Origin: Geotalea daltonii FRC-32
GTDB lineage: Bacteria; Desulfobacterota; Desulfuromonadia; Geobacterales; Geobacteraceae
Direction: 5' to 3'
Assembly: GCF_000022265.1 (NCBI RefSeq)
Contig: NC_011979.1
Span: forward strand, 720,001 to 752,000
DNA length: 32,000 nucleotides
The translations under genes were made by a program, and so were the position numbers. The notes beneath the pieces were generated by a model that saw only the letters and a list, made by a program, of their open reading frames with translations, did no database searches and was not told the DNA's origin. This document shows, in pieces, positions 1 to 8,422 of this stretch. The number at the start of each line of letters is the position of its first letter. Positions within the stretch are counted from its first letter, which is position 1.

Positions 1-735
1 GTCCATTTTGGTCATGTCCCATTTGCGGTCGAATACCTTGCGGTTAACGGCCATGGCTGCATTGAAGTCGATCCTGTTCCCCTCGAAAGTCCGGCTGCCG
101 TGGTGATGGATGAAGACGTCGCCGGCGATGACCGACTGCAGCCCGGCCAGGGAGGCGCGCAGGCAGAAATCGTCGTCCTCGAAGTTGCCCAGGGCAAAGG
201 CTTCATCCAGCATCCCCACCTGGTCCGCCAGGCTGCGGCGGAAGAGCATGCAGAAACCGACCACCAGCTTGACCGGGATGCGCCGGTGACGATGGGCGGA
301 GCGGAAACCGGCGGCGAAGGCTTGCATTTCGTCCATGTTTGCATAGGGGACCGACAGCAGTTGCTGGGGACCGGCTATGTTGTTGGTCATGGGAGCGACG
401 ATGCCGTCGGCGGAGGCTTCGAGACATTCCCGCATCCCGGTAAGCCATCCCTCCGTCACCACCACGTCGTTGTTGAGTAAAAGCAGGTATTCACCCTTGG
501 CGGCAGCCATGCCCTGGTTGCACCCCTTGGCGAAGCCCAGGTTCTTCTTGTTCTCGATAAGCCTGTAGTTTTTGTGGCTTTTCATTTCCTGGCGAAGCCA
601 TTTGACCGTGCCATCCTTGGAACCATTGTCGACGAAGATTATCTCGTGTTTTTCCGGCGTATGTTTCTGGATGCTTGACAGGCACTCACGGGTGTATTCC
701 AGCTGATTCAAGGTGAGGATGATGATGGAGGTTAA
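1..735 (-). other. Domain of the giant ORF: GT2 glycosyltransferase, copy C (truncated by the window edge)
   Basis: TSIIILTLNQLEYTRECLSSIQKHTPEKHEIIFVDNGSKDGTVKWL ... GEYLLLLNNDVVVTEGWL ... GFCMLFRRSL ... GNFEDDDFCLRA ... FIHHHGSRTF. Confidence 0.85.
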
Positions 736-3700
736 GTGATCCTCCTTGGCGGCCACCTTTGCCTGTGCCGTTTTTTTCTCTTTCGCCGGCGGGAAGGATA
801 CCGGTTTCGCCTGCCGGGCCTGTTGAGGCACGGCCCGCAGCAGGTACTGGAAATGCCTTCCTTCATCGGCCAGGGTGGAAACATCCAGCCCCGCCTCGGC
901 AAGGGCTTTGGGGATCTGGGGGGGGACCTGCACATCGTTGAGCACCGTTGCGCTCATGGTGGTAGGCGTAAAGCCTGCATTGCCGAAGAGTTCCATCACC
1001 CCCTGACGGGTAAAGAAGCGGAGATGGGTGCGGTCGAGGATGCCTTCATCGGCATAGTCCCATTTCCCTTCCAGGAGCCCCCTCACCACCGACCAGTGGC
1101 GGACGTTGGGGATACTGGCGACGATCTCACCCCCTGCTGCCAGTTTGCCTTTGGCGGCGACGAGAACGGCGGTGGGATCAACGAGGTGTTCCAACACATC
1201 GGCGAAAATGATGGTATCGAAATACCCATCGGGAAGGGTGGGTAAAATCTCCTCCACCGGTCCCGCGCAGACCTTGTCCAGCTTCTGTTCCGCCAGTTTC
1301 GCCGCCGCCGGCAGCATTTCGATTCCCCATACCTCCGCTTTCAGCTTTGCTTTCAGTTCGCCAGCCGTAGCGCCTGCGGCGCAGCCCACGTCAAGGATTC
1401 TCTTCGCCGCCGGATTCACCATTTCCTGCACTTCCGGTCGCGCAAAGCCATAGTAGGCAGCCGGCTTCTCCCCCATCCTGGCCAGGATCTCCTCACTGTC
1501 GGTATACATGCTGTATAGGTCCGAGCCGAACTTGTCCTTGAAGAGGTGATATTTTTCCACCAGGTGATCGGGATGGTCCCGCTCCTCGTCATAGCCCAGG
1601 TGGTAGGCGATGAACTCCCGGGCATAGCCCACCTTGCCGCCGTTTCTGCGCACCTGCTCGCACGCCTCCCAGTCGGTGGTGTATTTCCCGTCAAAGTATT
1701 TCCTTTTGATGCACTGCATCCAGGTGCCCACGTTGGCCAGGGTGATCTTGTCATTGTAAACGGTCTTCTCGCCGAGGATGACATCGGGCAGACTGGCCGG
1801 TTTGTTGACCGGATCGAGGGTCAGGCCGATGAGCCCCATCTCCGGGTACTCCCGGTGCAGGTCGAGCATCCGTTCCAGCCAGCATTTGCCCTGCAGGTCG
1901 GGGACGAGGATGTCCGGGTCGCTGACCACATACGGATCGGAGTTGGCCAGCTCGATGCCCCGCTGGAAGGCGACGGTGAAATAGTTGTCGTCGTTGAAAA
2001 CCAGGTGGTCGTAGAGGATGGCGGTCTTTTGCAGATAGCCCTGGAAGTCTTCCCGGCTGTGGTTGTCGACGACGATGATGCGGTAAGGATAGCGGGTGCG
2101 CTCGATGAGGGTCTTGATGGTCTGTTCGAAGTAGTCCCGGCGGTTGTAGGTGAGAAAGATGATGTCGATGGGCTGCTTTTCAGAGTTATTCAGCACCTGC
2201 TGCTTTTTCTCGTAAAGGGCGAGGATCTCCGCTGGAAGGTCGGAGGGTGCAGATGCTGTGCTACTCTCGATGGGCTCCGCTGCTGAAGCTGCAGGTGTCG
2301 CCTCCTGCCTGGCGAAATTTTGCAGCGCCTGCAGGCTCTGCCTGATCTCGGCGTTCCAGGGTTCCACCTCCAGCGCCCTCGTAAAGAAACAGGCGGCGTC
2401 ATCGAGCCGGTCCAGTGACAGGCACAGATTGCCCAGTGCTGTCAGTACCTCCAGGTCTTTCGGTTTTACGGCCAGGAGCTTGACGTATATCTGCAGCGCT
2501 TCTTCGGTCCTGCCGAGCACGATATGATAGAAGTCGGCCAGGTTCTTCTGGAAGACGGCATTGGTGGGCTCAAGGCGTGTTGCCTCTTCCTGGTGTTCCA
2601 GTGCCTTTTCCATCGCCCCCTGGTTTGTATAGAGGACCCCCAGGTCATTATGGGCAGTGGCGAAATTGGGGTGACGGCAGAGCAGCTTCTCAAGGGCGGC
2701 AATTTTCTGTTCGACCTGGTCCTCAGGCAGCGCCTGGATTTCTGCGTAGGCCGATTCAGCCACACCCATGTCGGCCTGAGCTGTTTCCCGGTACTCCTTC
2801 ACCGCTGCCAGCGATTCCCGGACCTCCCTGTTCCATGGTTCGATTTCCATGGCACGGGTGAAAAAGCATTCCCCATCATCGAGTTTTCCAATGGCAACAC
2901 AGAGGTTTCCCAGTGCCATCAGTACTTCAAGATCCTTTGGCTGCACCGCCAGAAGCTTCACGTAAATCTGCAGCGCCTGTTCCGTCCTCCCCATCACCAT
3001 GTGATAGAAATCGGCCAGATTTTTCAAGAAGGTACCATTGCCTGGTTCCAGGCGGGCAGCTTCTTCATGATGGGCAACCGCCTGGTCCTGCTGTCCCTGC
3101 TGCCCGTAGAGGACACCCAGATCGTTGTGGGCCAGGGCGAACTGGGGGAAATGTTGCAGCAGGTTCTCCAGGGCGGCTATGGCTTCGGCTGTCAGATTCC
3201 GGCCGGCCAGATCCACGGCTTTGCCGTACATTTCCTCGACAGTCGCTGCCGGCCCAATCTGTTCCGGTTGCCGTCGGAATTCTTCGAGGGCCTCCAGGCT
3301 CTTCCGGATTTCCAGGTTCCATGGCTCGATTTCCAAGGCGCGGGTGAAAAAGTGGCGGGCATCGTCATGCTTGCCTACGCTGACGCAAATTTTGCCCAGT
3401 CCGGCAAGAACTTCCAGATCTTTCGGGTGCATTGCCAGGAGTTTGACGTAAATCTGCAGAGCATCTTCAGTTCGACCGAGCACCACCTGGTAAAAATCGG
3501 CCAGGTTCTTCTGGAAGGTGGCATTGGTGGGTTCCAACTGCGTTGCCTGCTCAAAATGGGCAAGTGCTTTTTCAGTCTCGCCAAGGTTGCTGTAGAGCAC
3601 TCCCAGGTCGTTGTGGGCAAGGACGAATTTGGGATGGTGCCGGAGCAGGTGCTCCAATCGGTTCTGTGCTTCTGCAACATTCCCTTCGTTGGCAAGAGAA

Positions 3701-6700
3701 ACGGCTGCAGAGTATACCGCCTCCGGCGCTTCTACCGTATCCCCTTCTGCGGATGCCGATAGAGCGGGAGAAACAGCAGTGACGGAATCGCCGAAAAAGG
3801 CCCAGTACCAGCGGACTCCCTCTGTCACCTTCTGTTCTTCAATGGTTACCTTTTGGAGGCCGGCGGAGTGGATGAGGTCCTCAATTTCATCGATTGCCCA
3901 GCGCACGTTCGGTTCATACGTTGCCAAATGGGCATCTTCGGACCCCCCCTGGGCATCGCAGAACTGGCAGAGGAATCTCCCCCCCGGCGCCAGCTTTCCG
4001 GCCAGGCCGTTGACGTAGTTACGCACCAGGTCCTTGGTGAGATGCTGGAATACGACAATGGAGTAGACGAGATCGACACCGGGGGGAATGACCTTCTCCC
4101 ACTCCTCGGCCAGGACGGCGGTGAAATTGGCGATCCCCTGCTCCGCCATGAACCGTTCGGTCTTATCCAGCAGGGTCCGGCTGACGTCGATGCCGTAAAC
4201 CCGCTTCACGTGCCTGGCCAAAAGGGCTGATTCCCGGCCGTAGCCGCAGCCGATTACTACCACCGTCATTTCCGGGGTGAGGGGCAGGAAACGCCGCACG
4301 AAGTTGTCATCGTCGCCGAAAAGCTTGAGGCCATCGTGCTCCTTGCCGTAGAGGGGGTGGTTCTCGAAGTAGCCATCCTCCTGGAGTTTCTGCCAGAAGG
4401 GGACATTGCTGGCGACGGCGGTCTCTTTTCCCGTTGTCCTTGCCAGGTACTTGCGCAAGGCCGATGCCTCGGCGAACCTGTTTTCCCGGTCGAGACATTC
4501 GGCCTTCTTTTCCAGGTCGTCAACGGCATCGTGCTTCTGGTAAGGCACCGGCGCGGCAAGGGAGGCCGGCAGGGTGCGGAAGGCATTGCGGACCTCTTCG
4601 GGGTAAATTTCCTGCTGGAAACTCTGGATTATGTCGGGGAGATGGGCGGAAAGCTGTGTCTTGAGAAGGGCATCCGCCTGCCCGGTCAACCATTCGTGCA
4701 TTCGCTCCAGAAGGGCAGGGCCGTAACCGCAGAGGTTGACCAGCGACCCTGGGTTGGCCAGGATGTGCAAAACGAACTGCACCGCCTTCAGGGCCTGGCG
4801 CGTGTCGGCCAGGTCGGTCCTGGGGAAGAGGGCGGGGAAGCCGTTGGCATTAAGGAAGTCAAGGCAGCTCCTGCCGGAGTCGTAGATGCCCGCTTCCACG
4901 GAAAGGCTGGTACCCTGGGCCGGGTGGATACGGGTGACGACGGTCCTCTCATCCAGATAGAGGGGCTGATAGCGGGAAACAATGCGCAGCCACATGTCAA
5001 AGTCCTGACCGTTGCGCAGCTTTTCATCAAAATGACCCAACTGGTCAAATACCTGTCGGTGAATGGCGATGCTGATGCCGTTCACCTGATTTGCCTCAAA
5101 AAAGTTCACCAGTTGCCGGTTCGGATCATTCAACTCCTCCCCGTTACGCTCCACCGACACCTTTTCCCCTGTCTGATCGTAGAGGAGGAAGTAGTTGGTG
5201 TGCATGAAGCGCACTTCCGGGTGCTTCACGGCCGTTGCCGCATGGAGGGAGAGTTTGTCAGGCTCGAAAAGGTCATCGGAGGAAAGCCAGCAGATCCACT
5301 CTCCGCGGGCATGCTTGAGGCCCTCGTTCAAGGCCGACGAAACGCCACCGTTTTCCTTGTGGAAGGTGCGGATGCGCGGGTCCTTCTCTGCATAGCGGGC
5401 CATGACGGCCGCCGTTTCGTCGGTGGAGCCGTCATTGACAACGAGCGCTTCCCAGTGGGGGTAGTCCTGGGCAAGGATGCTGTCCAGGGTGGCAGGGAGA
5501 AAACCGGCCTGATTATAGCTGGGGACGAGGATGGAAAAGAGCAAGCCGCTGTCTTGCGCGGGTTCCTTGGGATTACGATCCATGGCAGCCTCAAGTTCCT
5601 TCATTTTTTTATTTGTCAGATGAGCATCTGGTTGTCGACCTGTTATCTCCTGGAACTCTGCAACTAGCATTCCGTATTGACGGGAGAGACCATATTGTGC
5701 TGCGGTGGCAATGCCGCCGGCAATAATCCGCTGTCGCAGGTCGTGGTCTGTCAGCAGCCGCTCCAGGGCTTCGGCAATGGGAGCAGCATCCTGTTCGGCC
5801 ACCAGCAAGCAGTTCCGGCCGTCCTCAATGATGCCCTCCAGGCCATGGTTCGCCACCTGCACCACCGGCGTCCCGCAGGCCATGGCCTCAAGGGAGGGAA
5901 GGCCGAAGCCTTCGTACCAGGAGGCATTGAGGTAAATATCGGCCTCATGGTACTGGCTGCTCATCTCTTCAGGTTGCAGCCCGGAGAGAACCTTCTCCCT
6001 GTAGCCGACCGGCTGGGTCTCAGGCTGCTTCACCTGCTGACCGCAGACGATGGAGAGAGTGAGGTCCCACTCGGGGCACTTTTTCGCCAGGATCGCGACC
6101 GCTTCTCGCGCCACGCCGATTCCTTTCAGGGGGTGTTGGGGATCTCCGCTGATGAGGATGGTGCGGCAATTTGCATTCGTTTCCTTCTCTGCCGGAGAAA
6201 AGATCCGCAGGTCGATGCCATTGAAGACGGGAAAGGTCTGTTGTTGATAATGGTCCTGGAAATAGTGGTGCAGATGGGGAGAGACGACGATCCGCCCCAC
6301 CGGCAGCGAGTTGAGTAGATGGAAAATGGGGGCCGCCTTCGGCAATGGCCCCTGGGGCGGTTTCGTCACGTGGAACTCCTCCAGCCCCTGGCAGAGATGG
6401 AAGATGCGTTTACCCCTGGTGTGGCAGTAGCGGAGCACCTGGGGAAGCTCCAGCAGGGAGTAGACGATGACGATAGGCTCGGTGATCGCCCCGTAACGGC
6501 CGTTGTCGTGGATGATCTTGTAAAAAGACGCTTTCAGCTCGACCCAGTCGGGGGGATCGTCGTCGGAATAGACGGAGACTTTGTAACCAAGTTCTGCCAG
6601 CCAGTTGATGTAGCGGTAAACGGTGATCGGGCCGCCCCCCTTGATGGAGGAGTGGCGCATGGTGAAGGCAATGGCCGGCTTGGCGGAGGTGGCGGCCAGG

Positions 6701-7032
6701 TTGCCGAAGTATTCCCTGGAGCTTTCGGCGAAGTCGTAACCGTTGGCAAAAAAGGAATAGAGGCTTTCCCTCGAAATGGTCAGGTCGTTGCCGTGCTGGT
6801 CGGTGATGTTCAGGCCTGTCAGCTGCTGCTCATAGGCAAGAGTGACCATGGACTGATGAATTTCGTTCTCGCTGTTTCGATAGTCGAAGCAGAGGTGATA
6901 GGTGCCCTTGTAGGTAGGGGAGACAAAGCAGTTGATGATTTCTGCATGGTCATCAATTAAGACGGGAACGCTGGTGCTGGAACCCCCCGATCGCTTTGGC
7001 ATGTAAATTTGGTAATTTTTATCCATGCACAT
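1..7032 (-). CDS. Giant multidomain glycosyltransferase / methyltransferase / TPR fusion protein. The start is in the window and the 3' end lies beyond the left edge (at least 2344 codons).
   Basis: Absent from the ORF track because this frame has no stop codon in the window. I hand-translated the minus strand in the frame whose codon-top coordinates are multiples of 3. It is open and protein-like at every stretch checked (7032-5100, 5100-4320, 4320-3780, 3660-3300, 2310-2040, 1560-721, 735-1). ATG at 7032 follows an in-frame TAA (7041-7039) and an AAGGA. None of the listed minus-strand ORFs between 1 and 7045 lies in this frame. Motifs: EGFGLPSLEAMACGTPVV (GT4); SILVPSYNQ...VVNDGSTDET and IIFVDNGSKDGT (GT2); VVVIGCGYGRES and ILDVGCAAGATAGEL (SAM motif I). 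Confidence 0.9.
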   Translation of the reverse strand, partial: MCMDKNYQIYMPKRSGGSSTSVPVLIDDHAEIINCFVSPTYKGTYHLCFDYRNSENEIHQSMVTLAYEQQLTGLNITDQHGNDLTISRESLYSFFANGYDFAESSREYFGNLAATSAKPAIAFTMRHSSIKGGGPITVYRYINWLAELGYKVSVYSDDDPPDWVELKASFYKIIHDNGRYGAITEPIVIVYSLLELPQVLRYCHTRGKRIFHLCQGLEEFHVTKPPQGPLPKAAPIFHLLNSLPVGRIVVSPHLHHYFQDHYQQQTFPVFNGIDLRIFSPAEKETNANCRTILISGDPQHPLKGIGVAREAVAILAKKCPEWDLTLSIVCGQQVKQPETQPVGYREKVLSGLQPEEMSSQYHEADIYLNASWYEGFGLPSLEAMACGTPVVQVANHGLEGIIEDGRNCLLVAEQDAAPIAEALERLLTDHDLRQRIIAGGIATAAQYGLSRQYGMLVAEFQEITGRQPDAHLTNKKMKELEAAMDRNPKEPAQDSGLLFSILVPSYNQAGFLPATLDSILAQDYPHWEALVVNDGSTDETAAVMARYAEKDPRIRTFHKENGGVSSALNEGLKHARGEWICWLSSDDLFEPDKLSLHAATAVKHPEVRFMHTNYFLLYDQTGEKVSVERNGEELNDPNRQLVNFFEANQVNGISIAIHRQVFDQLGHFDEKLRNGQDFDMWLRIVSRYQPLYLDERTVVTRIHPAQGTSLSVEAGIYDSGRSCLDFLNANGFPALFPRTDLADTRQALKAVQFVLHILANPGSLVNLCGYGPALLERMHEWLTGQADALLKTQLSAHLPDIIQSFQQEIYPEEVRNAFRTLPASLAAPVPYQKHDAVDDLEKKAECLDRENRFAEASALRKYLARTTGKETAVASNVPFWQKLQEDGYFENHPLYGKEHDGLKLFGDDDNFVRRFLPLTPEMTVVVIGCGYGRESALLARHVKRVYGIDVSRTLLDKTERFMAEQGIANFTAVLAEEWEKVIPPGVDLVYSIVVFQHLTKDLVRNYVNGLAGKLAPGGRFLCQFCDAQGGSEDAHLATYEPNVRWAIDEIEDLIHSAGLQKVTIEEQKVTEGVRWYWAFFGDSVTAVSPALSASAEGDTVEAPEAVYSAAVSLANEGNVAEAQNRLEHLLRHHPKFVLAHNDLGVLYSNLGETEKALAHFEQATQLEPTNATFQKNLADFYQVVLGRTEDALQIYVKLLAMHPKDLEVLAGLGKICVSVGKHDDARHFFTRALEIEPWNLEIRKSLEALEEFRRQPEQIGPAATVEEMYGKAVDLAGRNLTAEAIAALENLLQHFPQFALAHNDLGVLYGQQGQQDQAVAHHEEAARLEPGNGTFLKNLADFYHMVMGRTEQALQIYVKLLAVQPKDLEVLMALGNLCVAIGKLDDGECFFTRAMEIEPWNREVRESLAAVKEYRETAQADMGVAESAYAEIQALPEDQVEQKIAALEKLLCRHPNFATAHNDLGVLYTNQGAMEKALEHQEEATRLEPTNAVFQKNLADFYHIVLGRTEEALQIYVKLLAVKPKDLEVLTALGNLCLSLDRLDDAACFFTRALEVEPWNAEIRQSLQALQNFARQEATPAASAAEPIESSTASAPSDLPAEILALYEKKQQVLNNSEKQPIDIIFLTYNRRDYFEQTIKTLIERTRYPYRIIVVDNHSREDFQGYLQKTAILYDHLVFNDDNYFTVAFQRGIELANSDPYVVSDPDILVPDLQGKCWLERMLDLHREYPEMGLIGLTLDPVNKPASLPDVILGEKTVYNDKITLANVGTWMQCIKRKYFDGKYTTDWEACEQVRRNGGKVGYAREFIAYHLGYDEERDHPDHLVEKYHLFKDKFGSDLYSMYTDSEEILARMGEKPAAYYGFARPEVQEMVNPAAKRILDVGCAAGATAGELKAKLKAEVWGIEMLPAAAKLAEQKLDKVCAGPVEEILPTLPDGYFDTIIFADVLEHLVDPTAVLVAAKGKLAAGGEIVASIPNVRHWSVVRGLLEGKWDYADEGILDRTHLRFFTRQGVMELFGNAGFTPTTMSATVLNDVQVPPQIPKALAEAGLDVSTLADEGRHFQYLLRAVPQQARQAKPVSFPPAKEKKTAQAKVAAKEDHLTSIIILTLNQLEYTRECLSSIQKHTPEKHEIIFVDNGSKDGTVKWLRQEMKSHKNYRLIENKKNLGFAKGCNQGMAAAKGEYLLLLNNDVVVTEGWLTGMRECLEASADGIVAPMTNNIAGPQQLLSVPYANMDEMQAFAAGFRSAHRHRRIPVKLVVGFCMLFRRSLADQVGMLDEAFALGNFEDDDFCLRASLAGLQSVIAGDVFIHHHGSRTFEGNRIDFNAAMAVNRKVFDRKWDMTKMD
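960..1470 (-). other. Domain of the giant ORF: class I SAM-dependent methyltransferase, copy B
   Basis: AKRILDVGCAAGATAGELKAKLKAEVWGIEM ... YFDTIIFADVLEHLVDP ... LAAGGEIVASIPNVRHWSVVRGLLEGKWDYADEGILDRTHLRFFT. This pattern is typical of Methyltransf_11/23-type domains fused to glycosyltransferases. Confidence 0.8.
1560..2175 (-). other. Domain of the giant ORF: GT2-like (GT-A fold) domain, copy B
   Basis: IDIIFLTYNRRDYFEQTIKTLIERTRYPYRIIVVDNHSREDFQGYL ... VSDPDILVPD. It has a GT2-like N-terminal strand-helix and a DxD-like SDPD. It is more divergent than copies A and C. Confidence 0.55.
2320..3760 (-). repeat. TPR region of the giant ORF, built from three tandem super-repeats of about 160 aa
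   Basis: The block AHNDLGVLY..LEP.N..F.KNLADFY....GRTE.ALQIYVKLLA..PKDLEVL..LG..C......DD...FFTRA.E.EPWN recurs three times. Its Tyr codons top out at 3594, 3108 and 2631, giving periods of 486 and 477 nt, both in frame. Confidence 0.85.
3790..4380 (-). other. Domain of the giant ORF: class I SAM-dependent methyltransferase, copy A
   Basis: FLPLTPEMTVVVIGCGYGRESALLARHVKRVYGIDVS ... VDLVYSIVVFQHLTKD ... LAPGGRFLCQF. Motif I (GxGxG-like), the acidic residue after beta-2, and motif IV/V spacing are all present. Confidence 0.75.
4925..5545 (-). other. Domain of the giant ORF: GT2 (GT-A fold) glycosyltransferase, copy A
   Basis: LLFSILVPSYNQAGFLPATLDSILAQDYPHWEALVVNDGSTDETAAVMARYAEKDPRIRTFHKENGGVSSALNEGLKHARGEWICWLSSDDLF. 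This shows the typical GT2 N-terminal signature with a DD(D)-type motif. Boundaries are approximate. Confidence 0.8.
5645..6681 (-). other. Domain of the giant ORF: GT-B fold glycosyltransferase, group 1 (GT4-like)
   Basis: Translation reads AIAFTMRHSSIKGGGPITVYRYINWLAELGYKV ... YHEADIYLNASWYEGFGLPSLEAMACGTPVVQVANHGLEGIIEDGRNCLLV. This is the classic E-x7-E region of group 1 glycosyltransferases. Boundaries are approximate. Confidence 0.8.
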
Positions 7033-7045
7033 GGTCCTTTACATC

Positions 7046-8422
7046 TCAATGCAGCCTGAGGTCGGTGTCCTTATCGGAGAGTAACCGATCGATGTTTCTT
7101 TCGCCGTCTGAAGTTAGGTCTTTCAGCAGAATCCCCAATTCCCGCACCAGCAGCTCGCAGGTTTCGTTTCCGCTTGCAATAATCCGCTGGTTCTTTTTTG
7201 CATAGGTAAAGGAATAGCCCCAGGGTTCCTTTTTCAGGAGGGGCACCAGGCTCTGTTCCAGGTGCGCATTAACAATTGAATAGGGGCGGTTGCCGAAAAA
7301 GGCCACCGTGGCCGGGCCGGAAGAAATTCCCATGAAAGCGGCACATTCCTTTATTAGCGCCAGATCCTGATCTACGGTCGTTCTGCTGTTTTTTGCGATC
7401 ACCACGTTTTCATGTGCCCGAAGTTGCTCGTCCACTTCGCTTGCAGCGCAAATGACAAAGAATTTAACCGGCAGGTGGCTGTGGCAGTGGCTGAAGAATT
7501 CAGACCATGCCTCGATGTTGCTGTTCCTGCTGAGGTTGTAGCTTTTGGTCTTGCGCATTTGGACTGCAACTGGAATATATCCCCGTGCATTTTCTTCGAT
7601 AAAGTTCCTGGCCCACCTGGCAAGCGACCCCCTTATCCTGAATTCCGGCAACATTTTTTGTTGCTCGTAAAACATGTTCAATAGCCGGAAGGTGGGCAGA
7701 TTCAGATCGAGCATACTCTTCAGAAGGGGGACTGTGGGCCAGGCAACCGCGTCTGGGGCAGCCATGGATTGAAGAGCGGTATCTTCATCATGTTCCAGGG
7801 TCAGTGCCGGTGCTTCGTTACAGAGAAGAAAGACTGGTAGCAGTCTGATGATGTGATCGAGGTAATTTTCCCCGTTAACCCCAAGGGCGCGGAACGACGG
7901 CCGGGCAGGGTTTTCTCTGTCAGAAAGCAGGTACGTTCTGGCTTGGGTAATGCCATGGGCAAGGCAAATACAATTGGCTGCCTGTTGCAGCAGAATCAGG
8001 TCGCCAATGGAATAGGGCTGCGATCTGAAATCCCAGGTAACCACCAGTTTTGAGGTATCAGCGGAGCCCCTGACCGTTTGCTGCAACATATGGTCGATGA
8101 ACAGCTCGACCAGCCGGTTGTAGGTAGACTCATCCTCGGTCTTCAGTTTTTCTCCGGTTCGTATAAATTCAGCAATCCCGCAGTATGTGCCGGCATCCAC
8201 ATCGTCAAAGGATAGCACCTTGAGGTAAGCGGCCGCAGCTTCCTTAATACTGCCGATTAAGTGGTAGGCATGTCCAAGGCGGGCATAGGCATCCATCTGA
8301 TGGGGCGCCATGCCGATGATGCGAATGTAGAATTCTACTGCTTCCTCAACCAAGCCCTTGTTGAGCAGGAGGTCTGCCTGACGCAGCATGGGAAGCATGC
8401 TTGTAATTTCACTTTCTGCCAT
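7046..8422 (-). CDS. TPR-containing protein with a C-terminal domain of unknown function (possibly GT-B-like)
   Basis: Track ORF is 7046-8455. I prefer the internal ATG at 8422 (MAESEITS), which has AAGGA upstream and only a 14-nt overlap with the preceding gene. The N terminus has TPR-like helices (EEAVEFYIRIIGMAPHQMDAYARLGHAYHLIGSIKEAAAAY). The C-terminal FMGISSGPATVAFFGNRPYSIV resembles the nucleotide-sugar-binding loop of GT9-type enzymes, but only weakly. Confidence 0.6.
   Translation of the reverse strand: MAESEITSMLPMLRQADLLLNKGLVEEAVEFYIRIIGMAPHQMDAYARLGHAYHLIGSIKEAAAAYLKVLSFDDVDAGTYCGIAEFIRTGEKLKTEDESTYNRLVELFIDHMLQQTVRGSADTSKLVVTWDFRSQPYSIGDLILLQQAANCICLAHGITQARTYLLSDRENPARPSFRALGVNGENYLDHIIRLLPVFLLCNEAPALTLEHDEDTALQSMAAPDAVAWPTVPLLKSMLDLNLPTFRLLNMFYEQQKMLPEFRIRGSLARWARNFIEENARGYIPVAVQMRKTKSYNLSRNSNIEAWSEFFSHCHSHLPVKFFVICAASEVDEQLRAHENVVIAKNSRTTVDQDLALIKECAAFMGISSGPATVAFFGNRPYSIVNAHLEQSLVPLLKKEPWGYSFTYAKKNQRIIASGNETCELLVRELGILLKDLTSDGERNIDRLLSDKDTDLRLH

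Noticed and set aside
736-6960. Long plus-strand ORFs in the track: 736-1245, 1546-2286, 2524-3762 (412 aa), 4336-5667 (443 aa), 5677-6318 and 6319-6960.
   Set aside because: Their translations are motif-free and rich in G/V/D/E/L/H. They lie exactly antisense to a minus-strand frame that yields textbook GT4, GT2, methyltransferase and TPR motifs. They are shadow ORFs of the giant minus-strand gene, as expected in G+C-rich DNA.
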